Notes under the pieces: model-generated
Databases searched by the model: none
What the model saw: only the letters and a program-made list of their open reading frames with translations
Told to the model about the DNA's origin: nothing
Program-made: the position numbers and the translations under genes
Source: an uncultured cyanobacterium
GTDB lineage: Bacteria > Cyanobacteriota > Cyanobacteriia > Leptolyngbyales > Leptolyngbyaceae
Reading direction: 5' to 3'
DNA: 64,000 nucleotides
Assembly (NCBI GenBank): GCA_963766075.1
Contig: CAVYAN010000105.1
Span: 42,764 to 106,763, forward strand
Shown: one piece after another, positions 20,811 to 29,416 of the stretch
Layout: every line of letters starts with the position of its first letter
How positions within the stretch are numbered: the stretch's first letter is position 1

Positions 20811-22394
20811 TTGCGGATGTTGTCTCGGAAAGCGATCGCATTGGCAGTAGTGTTGAGCGGGCCGATCGCAGTAGAGTTCCCGGCTCAGGGATTTGAGACG
20901 GCGGCTCCGGTGTTGGCGCAGACGGTGAATCAACGAAAGGCAGAGGGCGATCGACTTCTCGAGCAGGGACTTCAGCAGTATCAAACCAGCCAGTACGAAG
21001 CGGCGCTGCAATCCTGGGAAGCGGCACTCAAGCTGTACCGCGAACTCAAAGACCGCAATGGCGAAGCGAATGCATTGATGAATCTAGGCGTTGCTTACCT
21101 TTCTCTGTCGCAATACAACAAAGCCATCAGTTACTATCAGCAGGCATTGCCCCTCTTCCAGCAAGTCAAAGACCGCAATGGCGAAGCGAGTGCATTGACG
21201 AATCTAGGCAATGCTTACCTTTCTCTGTCGCAATATGACAAAGCCATCAGCTACTTCCAGCAGGCATTGCCCATCCTCCAGCAAATCAAAAACCGTAATG
21301 GCGAAGCGAGTGCATTGATGAATCTAGGCATTGCTTACCGTTCGCTGTCGCAATATGACAAAGCGATCAGTTACTATCAACAGGCATTGCCCCTCTTCCA
21401 GCAAGTCAAAAACCGTAATGGCGAAGCGAGTGCATTGACGAATCTAGGCAATGCTTACCTTTCTCTGTCGCAATATGACAAAGCGATCAGTTACTATCAG
21501 CAGGCGCTGCCCCTCTTCCAGCAAGTCAAAAACCGCAACGGCGAAGCGAATGCATTGATGAATCTAGGCAATGCTTACCTTTCTCTGTCGCAATATGACA
21601 AAGCGATCAGTTACTATCAGCAGGCGCTGCCCCTCTTCCAGCAGGTCAAAAACCGTAATGGCGAAGCGAATGCATTGATGAATCTAGGCAATGCTTACCT
21701 TTCTCTATCGCAATATGACAAAGCAATCAGTTACTATCAACAGGCGCTGCCCCTCTTCCAGCAAGTCAAAAACCGCAACGGCGAAGCGAATGCATTGATG
21801 AATCTAGGCATTGCTTACGGTTCGCTGTCGCAATATGACAAAGCCGTTAGCTACTACCAGCAGGCATTGCCCCTCTTCCAGCAGGTCAAAGACCGCAACG
21901 GCGAAGCGAATGCATTGATGAATCTAGGCATTGCTTACGGTTCGCTGTCGCAATATGACAAAGCCATCAGCTACTACCAGCAGGTATTGCCCCTCTTCCA
22001 GCAAGTCAAAGACCGCAATGGCGAAGCGAATGCATTGATGAATCTAGGCGTTGCTTACCGTTCGCTGTCGCAGTATGAGAAGGCGATCAGCTATTACCAG
22101 CAGGCATTGCCCATCCTCCAGCAAGTCAAAGACCGCAATGGCGAAGGAAAACTCCTGAGCAACATTGGTATTCTGCTAGAGAAACAGAAGCAAGCAGAGT
22201 TGGCGATCTCCTTCTACAAACAATCGGTCAACGTGTACGAAACCATTCGCCAAGACCTTCGCAAACTCCCCCACAGTTCCCAAGAAGCCTACACCCAATC
22301 CGTCGCTGGCACCTACCGCGCCCTCGCCGACCTCCTCATCGCCCAAGGTCGCATCGACGAAGCCCAACAAATCCTCAAACTCCTCAAACTCTAG
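20811..22394 (+). CDS. TPR protein with signal-like N-terminus; probably the truncated N-terminal part of a TPR-CHAT protein
   Basis: Nine 40-aa TPR units, then YRALADLLIAQGRIDEAQQILKLLKL ending at TAG; degraded coding sequence continues to about 22630. Confidence 0.85.
   Translation: MRMLSRKAIALAVVLSGPIAVEFPAQGFETAAPVLAQTVNQRKAEGDRLLEQGLQQYQTSQYEAALQSWEAALKLYRELKDRNGEANALMNLGVAYLSLSQYNKAISYYQQALPLFQQVKDRNGEASALTNLGNAYLSLSQYDKAISYFQQALPILQQIKNRNGEASALMNLGIAYRSLSQYDKAISYYQQALPLFQQVKNRNGEASALTNLGNAYLSLSQYDKAISYYQQALPLFQQVKNRNGEANALMNLGNAYLSLSQYDKAISYYQQALPLFQQVKNRNGEANALMNLGNAYLSLSQYDKAISYYQQALPLFQQVKNRNGEANALMNLGIAYGSLSQYDKAVSYYQQALPLFQQVKDRNGEANALMNLGIAYGSLSQYDKAISYYQQVLPLFQQVKDRNGEANALMNLGVAYRSLSQYEKAISYYQQALPILQQVKDRNGEGKLLSNIGILLEKQKQAELAISFYKQSVNVYETIRQDLRKLPHSSQEAYTQSVAGTYRALADLLIAQGRIDEAQQILKLLKL
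21060..22139 (+). repeat. Nine near-identical 120-bp coding tandem repeats
   Basis: GGCGAAGCGA(A/G)TGCATTGA(T/C)GAATCTAGGC recurs exactly every 120 nt from 21060 to 22020. Confidence 0.97.
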
Positions 22395-22726
22395 GAATTC
22401 CACGACTTTACACGGCACCTGCGCCGCCGCCCTCATCCCCAAAGTCAGCTTCAACCCCGCCGAACCCAAATCAAAATCCAACACACCAGCCTCGTCGCCT
22501 TCGGCAGCAAATTCTACGCCTGCGAACAACAGCGCTGCTCCCAATACCGTCAACTCAAAACCCAAAGCCAAAGCCTCTCCAAAGAATTCACCGCCTTCGT
22601 CGAACAAATCAAATAACAACTGCGCAACGAACTGGGCACCCTTCATTTTGATTGGCAATGGTCTTTAGGTGCGATCGGGGGCGAGGCAACAGAAGATCCG
22701 TGGCTGCCAAAACCTAACCTTTTCCA

Positions 22727-22759
22727 AGATCTGCGACTTTTTAAAAAAGTCGCAGATCT
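22727..22759. repeat. REP-like 33-bp palindrome
   Basis: AGATCTGCGACTTTTT-A-AAAAAGTCGCAGATCT, 16-bp perfect arms. Confidence 0.9.
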
Positions 22760-22886
22760 GTCAGTGCTTGAGCGATGGCACCATCGGCCTAGCAAGATTT
22801 GCGGCATGGATAGCCAACGGATCCGGTAAACTAGAAAAAACTCATCGGCGATCGCCCAATAGTTCGGAGGCACCGCAACCCAACCC

Positions 22887-23129
22887 ATGGACAGAACCCC
22901 CAGCAACCTCCTCAACGTCCTCAGCCTCAGCGATCTGGAAACCCTCATCCAGACCATCGTTCGGCGCATCCTCCAGAATGAGCTACACCCCATTCAATCC
23001 ACCCCATCTCAACCCGCCCAAACCGAAGCCCTCCTCGCCACCTTCGGCACCTGGGAAGACGATCGCCCCGTCGAAGCCATCATCGATGACATTTACAGCA
23101 GTCGGACGGTTAGCTCTCTAGACCCATGA
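22887..23129 (+). CDS. Putative antitoxin (VapB-like)
   Basis: 80 aa, acidic C-terminus (FGTWEDDRPVEAIIDDIYSSR), ATGA overlap with the downstream PIN gene. Confidence 0.7.
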   Translation: MDRTPSNLLNVLSLSDLETLIQTIVRRILQNELHPIQSTPSQPAQTEALLATFGTWEDDRPVEAIIDDIYSSRTVSSLDP

Positions 23130-23527
23130 CCCACCTGCTCGACACAGACATTTGTATCTACTGGCTCAACGGACACCCAGAAATTCGCGAGCAAGCCCTA
23201 ACCGTCGGACTGTCCAGCCTTTCCATCTCCAGCATCACCGTTGCCGAACTCTACTTCGGAGCCTATAACTCCAACCGCATTGCGCAAAATCTCGCTCGGG
23301 CAAAGCAATTTGTCGGGGCGATCGCCATCATTCCACCCACTCCTTCAACCCTCAAAACATTTGGCGAACTGAAAGCCGCCTTAAGGCGCAGCGGCCAACC
23401 CGTCGCCGACTTTGATTTACTACTTGCCAGCACAGCCTTATCCGAACAACTCACCCTTGTCACTAACAACACGCGCCATTACCAAAGAATCCCTGGCCTA
23501 GCGCTGGAAAACTGGAAGACTGAATGA
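23126..23527 (+). CDS. vapC: Type II toxin-antitoxin system VapC/PIN toxin
   Basis: LLDTDICIY, SSITVAELYFG, DFDLLLASTA, LVTNNTRHY. Confidence 0.92.
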   Translation: MTHLLDTDICIYWLNGHPEIREQALTVGLSSLSISSITVAELYFGAYNSNRIAQNLARAKQFVGAIAIIPPTPSTLKTFGELKAALRRSGQPVADFDLLLASTALSEQLTLVTNNTRHYQRIPGLALENWKTE

Positions 23528-23741
23528 TGGGTTGTTACACCGGGTATAGCCAATCGGCCAGCAGCGATGAGGCTTGGCCATCGGTTGGATTGGGGCAAAC
23601 GGGCGATCGCCCGCAATAGATCCAGCTCAACCAAGGGGGAGAAGCGATCGCCCCCGTAGATTTGCGGTGAGGGGTGAGCACCCTTCGCCAACCCCCGCAA
23701 CATTAATATATCTAAGTAATATCGTTATTATAGGTATAAAA

Positions 23742-24236
23742 ATGATCGCTAACAGAGTCAGTGCCAGCCTTAGCGCCAGCAACAAAGACACAATCATCAC
23801 CGCCATCGAAACCATTAAAACCACCCTGCCCTTCCTCGTTTCTCTCACCGCCGAAGACCGCAAAACCCTGCCCAAAGCTGGCGATCGCAGCCGGGGATTC
23901 ATCCTCAACGCCCTCGAAGTCGCCCAGCACAACTCCGACTGCCTGCCGCGCTCCTTCGACGTGGCCGAAATGCAAAAAGACATCCAACTCATGGAAGACC
24001 TCTACCCGATCCTCATGACCCTCAATCAACTCCAAAGCGTCCTATCCGACACCTACACGGTCGCCAACAGCGAAGCCTACACCGCCGCTTTGCGCGTCTA
24101 CGACTGTGCCAAAGCCCATGCCACCCAACCCGGCATGAAACCTGTCGTCGAACAATTGAAACAGCAATTCGCGCGCCGCACCGCAAAAACCGCCACCCCC
24201 GCCGCCCCAGCACCCGTACCAGCCGCGATCGCCTAA
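23742..24236 (+). CDS. Hypothetical, probably all-helical protein (164 aa)
   Basis: Clean ORF with C-ending codon bias after an AT-rich upstream region; motifs LPFLVSLTAEDRKTLPK, LPRSFDVAEMQKD, SEAYTAALRVY. Confidence 0.85.
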   Translation: MIANRVSASLSASNKDTIITAIETIKTTLPFLVSLTAEDRKTLPKAGDRSRGFILNALEVAQHNSDCLPRSFDVAEMQKDIQLMEDLYPILMTLNQLQSVLSDTYTVANSEAYTAALRVYDCAKAHATQPGMKPVVEQLKQQFARRTAKTATPAAPAPVPAAIA

Positions 24237-24289
24237 CCCTCAGCCAGAGCATGAGCGGCAGAGGCCACCTCCGTTCCAACTCACTCCAG

Positions 24290-24324
24290 AACGTTCCTAT
24301 CGGTTGATAGGAACGTTTCTTTTT
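24290..24324 (+). terminator. Intrinsic terminator after the hypothetical gene
   Basis: AACGTTCCTATC-GGTT-GATAGGAACGTT followed by TCTTTTT. Confidence 0.88.
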
Positions 24325-24332
24325 CGGCAAGC

Positions 24333-24567
24333 ATCCGGCCCGCGATCGCCAGCCATCGTCCTACCCCGCTCAGGGATTCACCCCTCCGCCCACCGGATGT
24401 GCCCTGCCCCATCCAGGAACCCTACTGACCCCTCTCAGTATTCCTGCCTCACCGCTGAGGATGAGTCCTTCCCCATGGCGAAAATACACTGACCCACCCT
24501 AGCAATCCCCCATCCCCCGATAGCATCAGTCCTCTCCCGCATCGAAACGATACTCACTGCGATCGCC
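24333..24567. repeat. Degenerate periodic array: about eleven 21/22-nt units forming about 3.7 copies of a 64-nt super-unit
   Basis: ATGTGCCCT/ATGAGTCCT/ATCAGTCCT at 24397/24461/24525 and ACTGACC/ACTGACC/ACTCACT at 24424/24488/24552, each 64 nt apart. Confidence 0.7.
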
Positions 24568-24820
24568 CAATGCCATCAAATCACAGCCGTATCAATCGCC
24601 GCCACTCAGCCACCGCATCCTGTTACAGAATATATTCCAGCATATATTCCAGAACCTGTTCCAGTCGAAGGATAGGCAAAGCAAAGCACACCCATCACCC
24701 ACCGTGACGATGGGCGTTTGAGCAGACAATCCCAAACTCTCTCTACTATCTGAGACTTTTCCGAAAAAATCCTAGCGTCATGAAAAAGTTTCAAATCTGT
24801 CAATGCAAATCTGCTTCTGA

Positions 24821-25051
24821 TCACCAAGCCCGCAACATCTGCACCGCCTCAATCTCATCGTCCTTAGCCTGCTCCAGAAATTCATACAGTCGCTCCTTTG
24901 ACACTAGGGGAAATGTAGGACTAGCCTCACTCTCGACATAAATCCCATCCTGAAGCTGATCAACGCGCCAGACATTGCCATTGAACCGCTAAAACTCCGG
25001 CACGCCAATACTGGCATAGAATTGATTTTTGGCAATATCCGTATGAGTAAT
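24821..25051 (-). pseudogene. C-terminal remnant of a Uma2 (DUF820) family endonuclease
   Basis: ITHTDIAKNQFYASIGVPEF*RFNGNVWRVDQLQDGIYVESEASPTFP...; TAG where the conserved Trp (TGG) is expected. Confidence 0.85.
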
Positions 25052-25468
25052 AGACTTGTCGGTAAATAAGAGAGAATAAACAGCAGTGATGGGACAGGAA
25101 GATGCTGGATACTGAACGGGCACTGAACCAAGACCTATCGCAATCGTATTGAAGATTTTGATGATCACTTGACGCTTACAGCCGCAGGCTTATGGAACTT
25201 CTACCTGCTCGCTGCTTGAAAAACAATGCCTTGGAGAGCAACATTGCCTCACTCAACTTTTATTTCCCGACAACTCTATTACCCACAAGCCCAACATCGT
25301 TGACGCCTTTGGCAAAGACTGGTTTGACATCAAAGAAGGAGAAGCGTCCATCTTCAAACCCGATGACTCCGGTAAAGTCGTGCTGGTCACCCGGATCAAA
25401 GCCGTGGATTGGGTCGTTGCTGCCGGTGGTAAATGAACCCGCCTTAACGTGGCGGCTAACGATCCCCT

Positions 25469-25506
25469 CAGATCCGCGACTTTTCCACAAAAAAATCGTA
25501 GATCTG
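25469..25506. repeat. Degenerate copy of the 22727 palindrome
   Basis: CAGATCCGCGACTTTT...AAAAATCGTAGATCTG. Confidence 0.7.
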
Positions 25507-25541
25507 CTTAGATGATTGCCAGAAAAAATTATACCGACCGA

Positions 25542-25602
25542 GATTGCTCCCTGAGCGAAGTCGAAGGGAGCAATCTTTCGCCAGCTGAGCGGAGTCGTAG
25601 TT
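25542..25602. repeat. Two short dispersed-repeat units with core CTGAGCG(A/G)AGTCG(A/T)AG
   Basis: GATTGCTCCCT-GAGCGAAGTCGA-AGGGAGCAATC hairpin, second core at 25585. Confidence 0.7.
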
Positions 25603-25685
25603 CACTTCCCGCAGGGTAGCTAGCGGATCTATGTGGAAATCCATCGGTGGGAGTCGCATCATGATGCTCATCCACTGCTCAGATC

Positions 25686-26078
25686 CTAGTCAAGATCAAT
25701 GCCCAAGTAGGTTTTGCTGAGATAATGACCCAAGCGGGTTAATGGCGAGGTAGCTGTAGCGATCGCCTGCTTGGCATCGCCCGCCTCAGCACCCAACAGC
25801 GCCGCAAAATCCGTATCACTCAGTTCCCCCGTTTGATGCCTGTGAAAAGCATCCACAACCGCAATTAATTCGTCAGGGGAAAACTCGAATCCCTGATTAG
25901 CAGCAAATTCAGCCACCACAGGAGCCTGCTGTTCCAGAGCTTCTGTTTCAGCCGGATCAAGTTCAGCTTCACTGCTAATGTCACCATCGCCCACGCCCAG
26001 CAGTGCTTCAAGCTGTTGGCGCAGGGCTGCGTCTTCGGCGGTTTTGTGCATGAATTCCAGAACGGTTGCGGTTGCCAT
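25686..26078 (-). CDS. Nif11-like domain protein
   Basis: EFMHKTAEDAALRQQL...AEFAANQGFEFSPDEL...GELSD resembles the Nif11-type leader. Confidence 0.65.
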   Translation of the reverse strand: MATATVLEFMHKTAEDAALRQQLEALLGVGDGDISSEAELDPAETEALEQQAPVVAEFAANQGFEFSPDELIAVVDAFHRHQTGELSDTDFAALLGAEAGDAKQAIATATSPLTRLGHYLSKTYLGIDLD

Positions 26079-26294
26079 CGTTCAACGCTCCTGTGAAGAT
26101 ATATCGCCCGCATTTTAGCAAGCCCGTCGGCAAAATTTTGGCGTGGTAGAGCACCGGGAGCCGTCACCGCCCTTAAAAAATTTGGAAGAAATACCGGACG
26201 CTCAGGCGATCGCCCCACCGATCCAGCGCCTACGGAGCGATCGCACATAAGACCCGAAAATCCATCTCCCACGGCATTCAAGGCAGAAAGCCCT

Positions 26295-27380
26295 TTAGGT
26301 AAAGGCCGATTTTGATCCCAATTTGGCCTGTAGATCCGCTGGAGCAATCGCTCCAAATTCCGTGACAATCGCCGCAATCAATCCAGCGGGTGTGACATCA
26401 AAAGCTGGATTGTAGAACTCTGCCCCCGGCGTCACCAGGCGAGTCTCGCCCACGGTATGAATTTCACTGGGATCCCGTTCTTCGATCGGAATTTGGCTAC
26501 CATCAGCCAGGGCAAAGTCAATCGTAGACAGGGGAGCCGCCACAAAGAACGGAATGTTATGGGCCTTAGCAGCTAGAGCCACACTGTAAGTGCCAATTTT
26601 GTTCGCGGCATCGCCGTTCGCCGCAATCCGATCGGCCCCCACCACCACCGCATCAATCAGGCCCCGCTGCATGCAGTGCGCCGCCATATTATCCGTAATA
26701 ACAGTCACGGGGATGCCTTCCTGCACACATTCCCAGGCGGTCAGCTTGGCCCCCTGCAACCGGGGGCGAGTCTCGTCCGCATACACACGGGCCAAACGGC
26801 CATCCCGCCATGCCGATCGCACCACGCCCAGGGCCGTCCCATAGCCCGCCGTCGCCAAAGCTCCGGCATTGCAGTGGGTGAGCAGCCGCAATTTCTCCGG
26901 CATGGGGGGCAAGGCCGCCGCCCCAAAATCCCCGATGAGTTGACAGGTACGAATGTCGTCGGCATTGATGGTTTGGGCCGCCACCAGCAGCGCCCGCTTG
27001 ATGTCATCGACGCTACCCGGCGTAGACTGGGCAGTTTGCAGCATTTGGGCGATCGCCCAGAACAAATTCACCGCTGTGGGTCGGGTCGCCCGCAGGCGAA
27101 CAGCTATGGTTTCTAACGCCCCCAGAAACGCCGCGCGATCGTCCGTGGCAATGTCCCGCGCCCCGAGGTACATACCATAGGCCGCCGCCACGCCAATCGC
27201 CGGAGCCCCCCGCACAATCATGGTTTCAATCGCCGTGGCCATGGTTTCAGCATCATGGATCTCGACCACGCCATAGGTATTGGGCAGTTGGGTTTGATCG
27301 ATCAAAACAGCACAATCGCTCTGCCAAATGACGGGATAGACGGGAGAATTCACCACAGGAAAGTCGGCCAGAAGCGACAA
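26295..27380 (-). CDS. mtnA: S-methyl-5-thioribose-1-phosphate isomerase
   Basis: [48 protein letters not shown]. Confidence 0.96.
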   Translation of the reverse strand: MSLLADFPVVNSPVYPVIWQSDCAVLIDQTQLPNTYGVVEIHDAETMATAIETMIVRGAPAIGVAAAYGMYLGARDIATDDRAAFLGALETIAVRLRATRPTAVNLFWAIAQMLQTAQSTPGSVDDIKRALLVAAQTINADDIRTCQLIGDFGAAALPPMPEKLRLLTHCNAGALATAGYGTALGVVRSAWRDGRLARVYADETRPRLQGAKLTAWECVQEGIPVTVITDNMAAHCMQRGLIDAVVVGADRIAANGDAANKIGTYSVALAAKAHNIPFFVAAPLSTIDFALADGSQIPIEERDPSEIHTVGETRLVTPGAEFYNPAFDVTPAGLIAAIVTEFGAIAPADLQAKLGSKSAFT

Positions 27381-27428
27381 AACGCTGACAGCTCAAACCG
27401 AGTTAAATCATAGCGAGCGATCGCCCAC

Positions 27429-29416
27429 TCAACCTTGGGAATGGCGCGGAGTTTTACGCGCCCGTTTGGCCGCCTGGGGTGGTATATCCAGTTGCAGCGC
27501 CGCCGCTGTACCGTCGGCTGTAGCACTGGGTTTCGGAGCGGGGGCCTCAGCAGGTGCCGCAGCACTGGCCGCAGTCGCTGCCGGCAAGGCTTCCCGCTCT
27601 CCCGGTCCAGTGGCCCGCAAGGTCGCAGCCTGGGCCAAGAGCGAATCCGCAAAGGCGATCGCCTCCTGGGCCGAATGTCCGCCTGCCAACTGGGCCACCT
27701 CTTCCCGACGATCCTCGGCATTCAAAGGCGTCACCCGCACCACCGTTCGCACCTCTGCCGCACCTCTGGCTGCACCTCTGGCCCACCCCCGGCAGCAGGA
27801 CTGAGCGCCTCACCCTTTGGCTTTTTACCCTTTGCCTTTTGCCCCGAGATCGCGCCCCCATCGGCTTCACCAATCACATGCTTACTCACCCGCAGGTGGT
27901 TGTCTGCCATGGCCGCGACGATCGCCTGGTGCGTCACGCACAACACCTGATGTTGGCGACCGAGCTGGTAGAGTTTGTCCGCGATCGCCTGAGTCACCCG
28001 GCCTGAAACCCCCGTATCAATTTCATCAAAAATCAGCGTGCCCGTCCCATCCACCTGGGAGAACACCGCCTGCAACGCCAGTAAAAAGCGGCTCATTTCC
28101 CCGCCCGAGGCAATCTCCGTCAGAGGCTGCAAGGGCTCACCCGGATTAGGACTAAACAAATAGGTAATCTGGTCAGCCCCCCACTGGGTTGGGGCACAGG
28201 GGGCAACATCCACCGTAAATTGCACCTTCGCCATGGCCAACGGCTTCAGTTCCGCCACAATCTGAGTTTCCAGAGCCGTGGCAGCCGCTTGGCGCTGCTG
28301 GGTGAGTTGGGCACAGGCCGCCATCAAGCTCTGATGACAGTGCTGACACGTGGCTTCCAGTTCCTCCAGGGATTGACCGCCGTCCGTGAGTTCATCCAGT
28401 TCCGTTTGCAGCTTGGCCTGAAGGGCGATCGCCTCCGCTAACGTCGGACCATACTTGCGGCAAATCTGCTTTAACTCCCGAAGCCGCTCCTGGACCTCTT
28501 GGAGGCGCTGGGGATCGGCCTCAATTCCCTCACCGTAGGCATTGATTGCCCGTCCAGCCTCCTGCACCAGTTGCAACGCCTGACTCAGCGAGTCCAAAAT
28601 GGGCTGCAATTGCCCATCGTACTGAATCATCCCTTGCAGCGTAATTTCGGCTTGCCCCAGCAAGTCCGCGCAGGCTTCACCGTCATCATTTTGGTAAATC
28701 GCCTGGTAAACCTGATAGCTATGCTGCTGCAAATCCACACTATAGGTAAGGCGATTTTGCTCATTTTCCAGTTGGTCAAGCTCATCGGCAGCCTTCAGAT
28801 TAGCGGTTTTCAGCTCTTGGAGCTGATAGGCGAATTGATCAATTTGCTGGAGGCGATTTTGCTCAGACCGGCGACGGCGTTCTAGGGCCTGAAAGGCCTG
28901 CTGGTAAGTCCCATAGGCTTGTGCCACCCGTTCTCGCTGCTCGATCAGAGCCGCCCCGCCGTAGCTGTCCAGCCATTCTCGTTGCAAGGCGGGTTGCCCA
29001 ATTTGCACAGTCTGACCCTGGGCCGTAATTTCCACCAGGCGATCGCGCAGTTGCTCCATCTGCTGCTTGTTAACCACCACCCCATTCACCCGCGATCGGC
29101 TACGCTGCCCTGTAGCACTCACCACAATCTCGCGGCTACAGGTCAAAGCGTCCTCCTCCAGCCAATCAATCTCCTGCGCCGTCAGCCACGCCTTGAGCTC
29201 CGCATCCAACGCAAACGTCGCCTCGACCAAGGATTTCTCCTCACCCGTGCGGACCGTGCGTCCGGTCACTTTGCCGCCCAGCACCGCATCAATCGCATCC
29301 AAAATAATCGACTTGCCCGCGCCAGTTTCTCCGGTCAAAACCGTCAAACCCTCGCCCAGGTCTAGGTCCAAGTGATCGATAAGAGCAAAGTTTTCAATCC
29401 GGAGGGACAGCAGCAT
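27429..29416 (-). CDS. recN: DNA repair protein RecN; frameshift near 27757
   Basis: LTGETGAGKS, ASGGEMSR, FDEIDTGVSG; C-terminal REEVAQLAGG lies in the next frame. Confidence 0.95.

Noticed and set aside
21060..22139. CRISPR array or diversity-generating retroelement target
   Set aside because: Repeats are contiguous in-frame coding units with no spacers; variation includes non-adenine changes (ATG/ACG, CTT/CGT/GGT); no cas or reverse transcriptase gene in the window
24304..24492. 62-aa ORF explaining the periodic array
   Set aside because: Starts at a TTG inside the terminator hairpin, covers only part of the array, and the 64-nt period does not preserve frame
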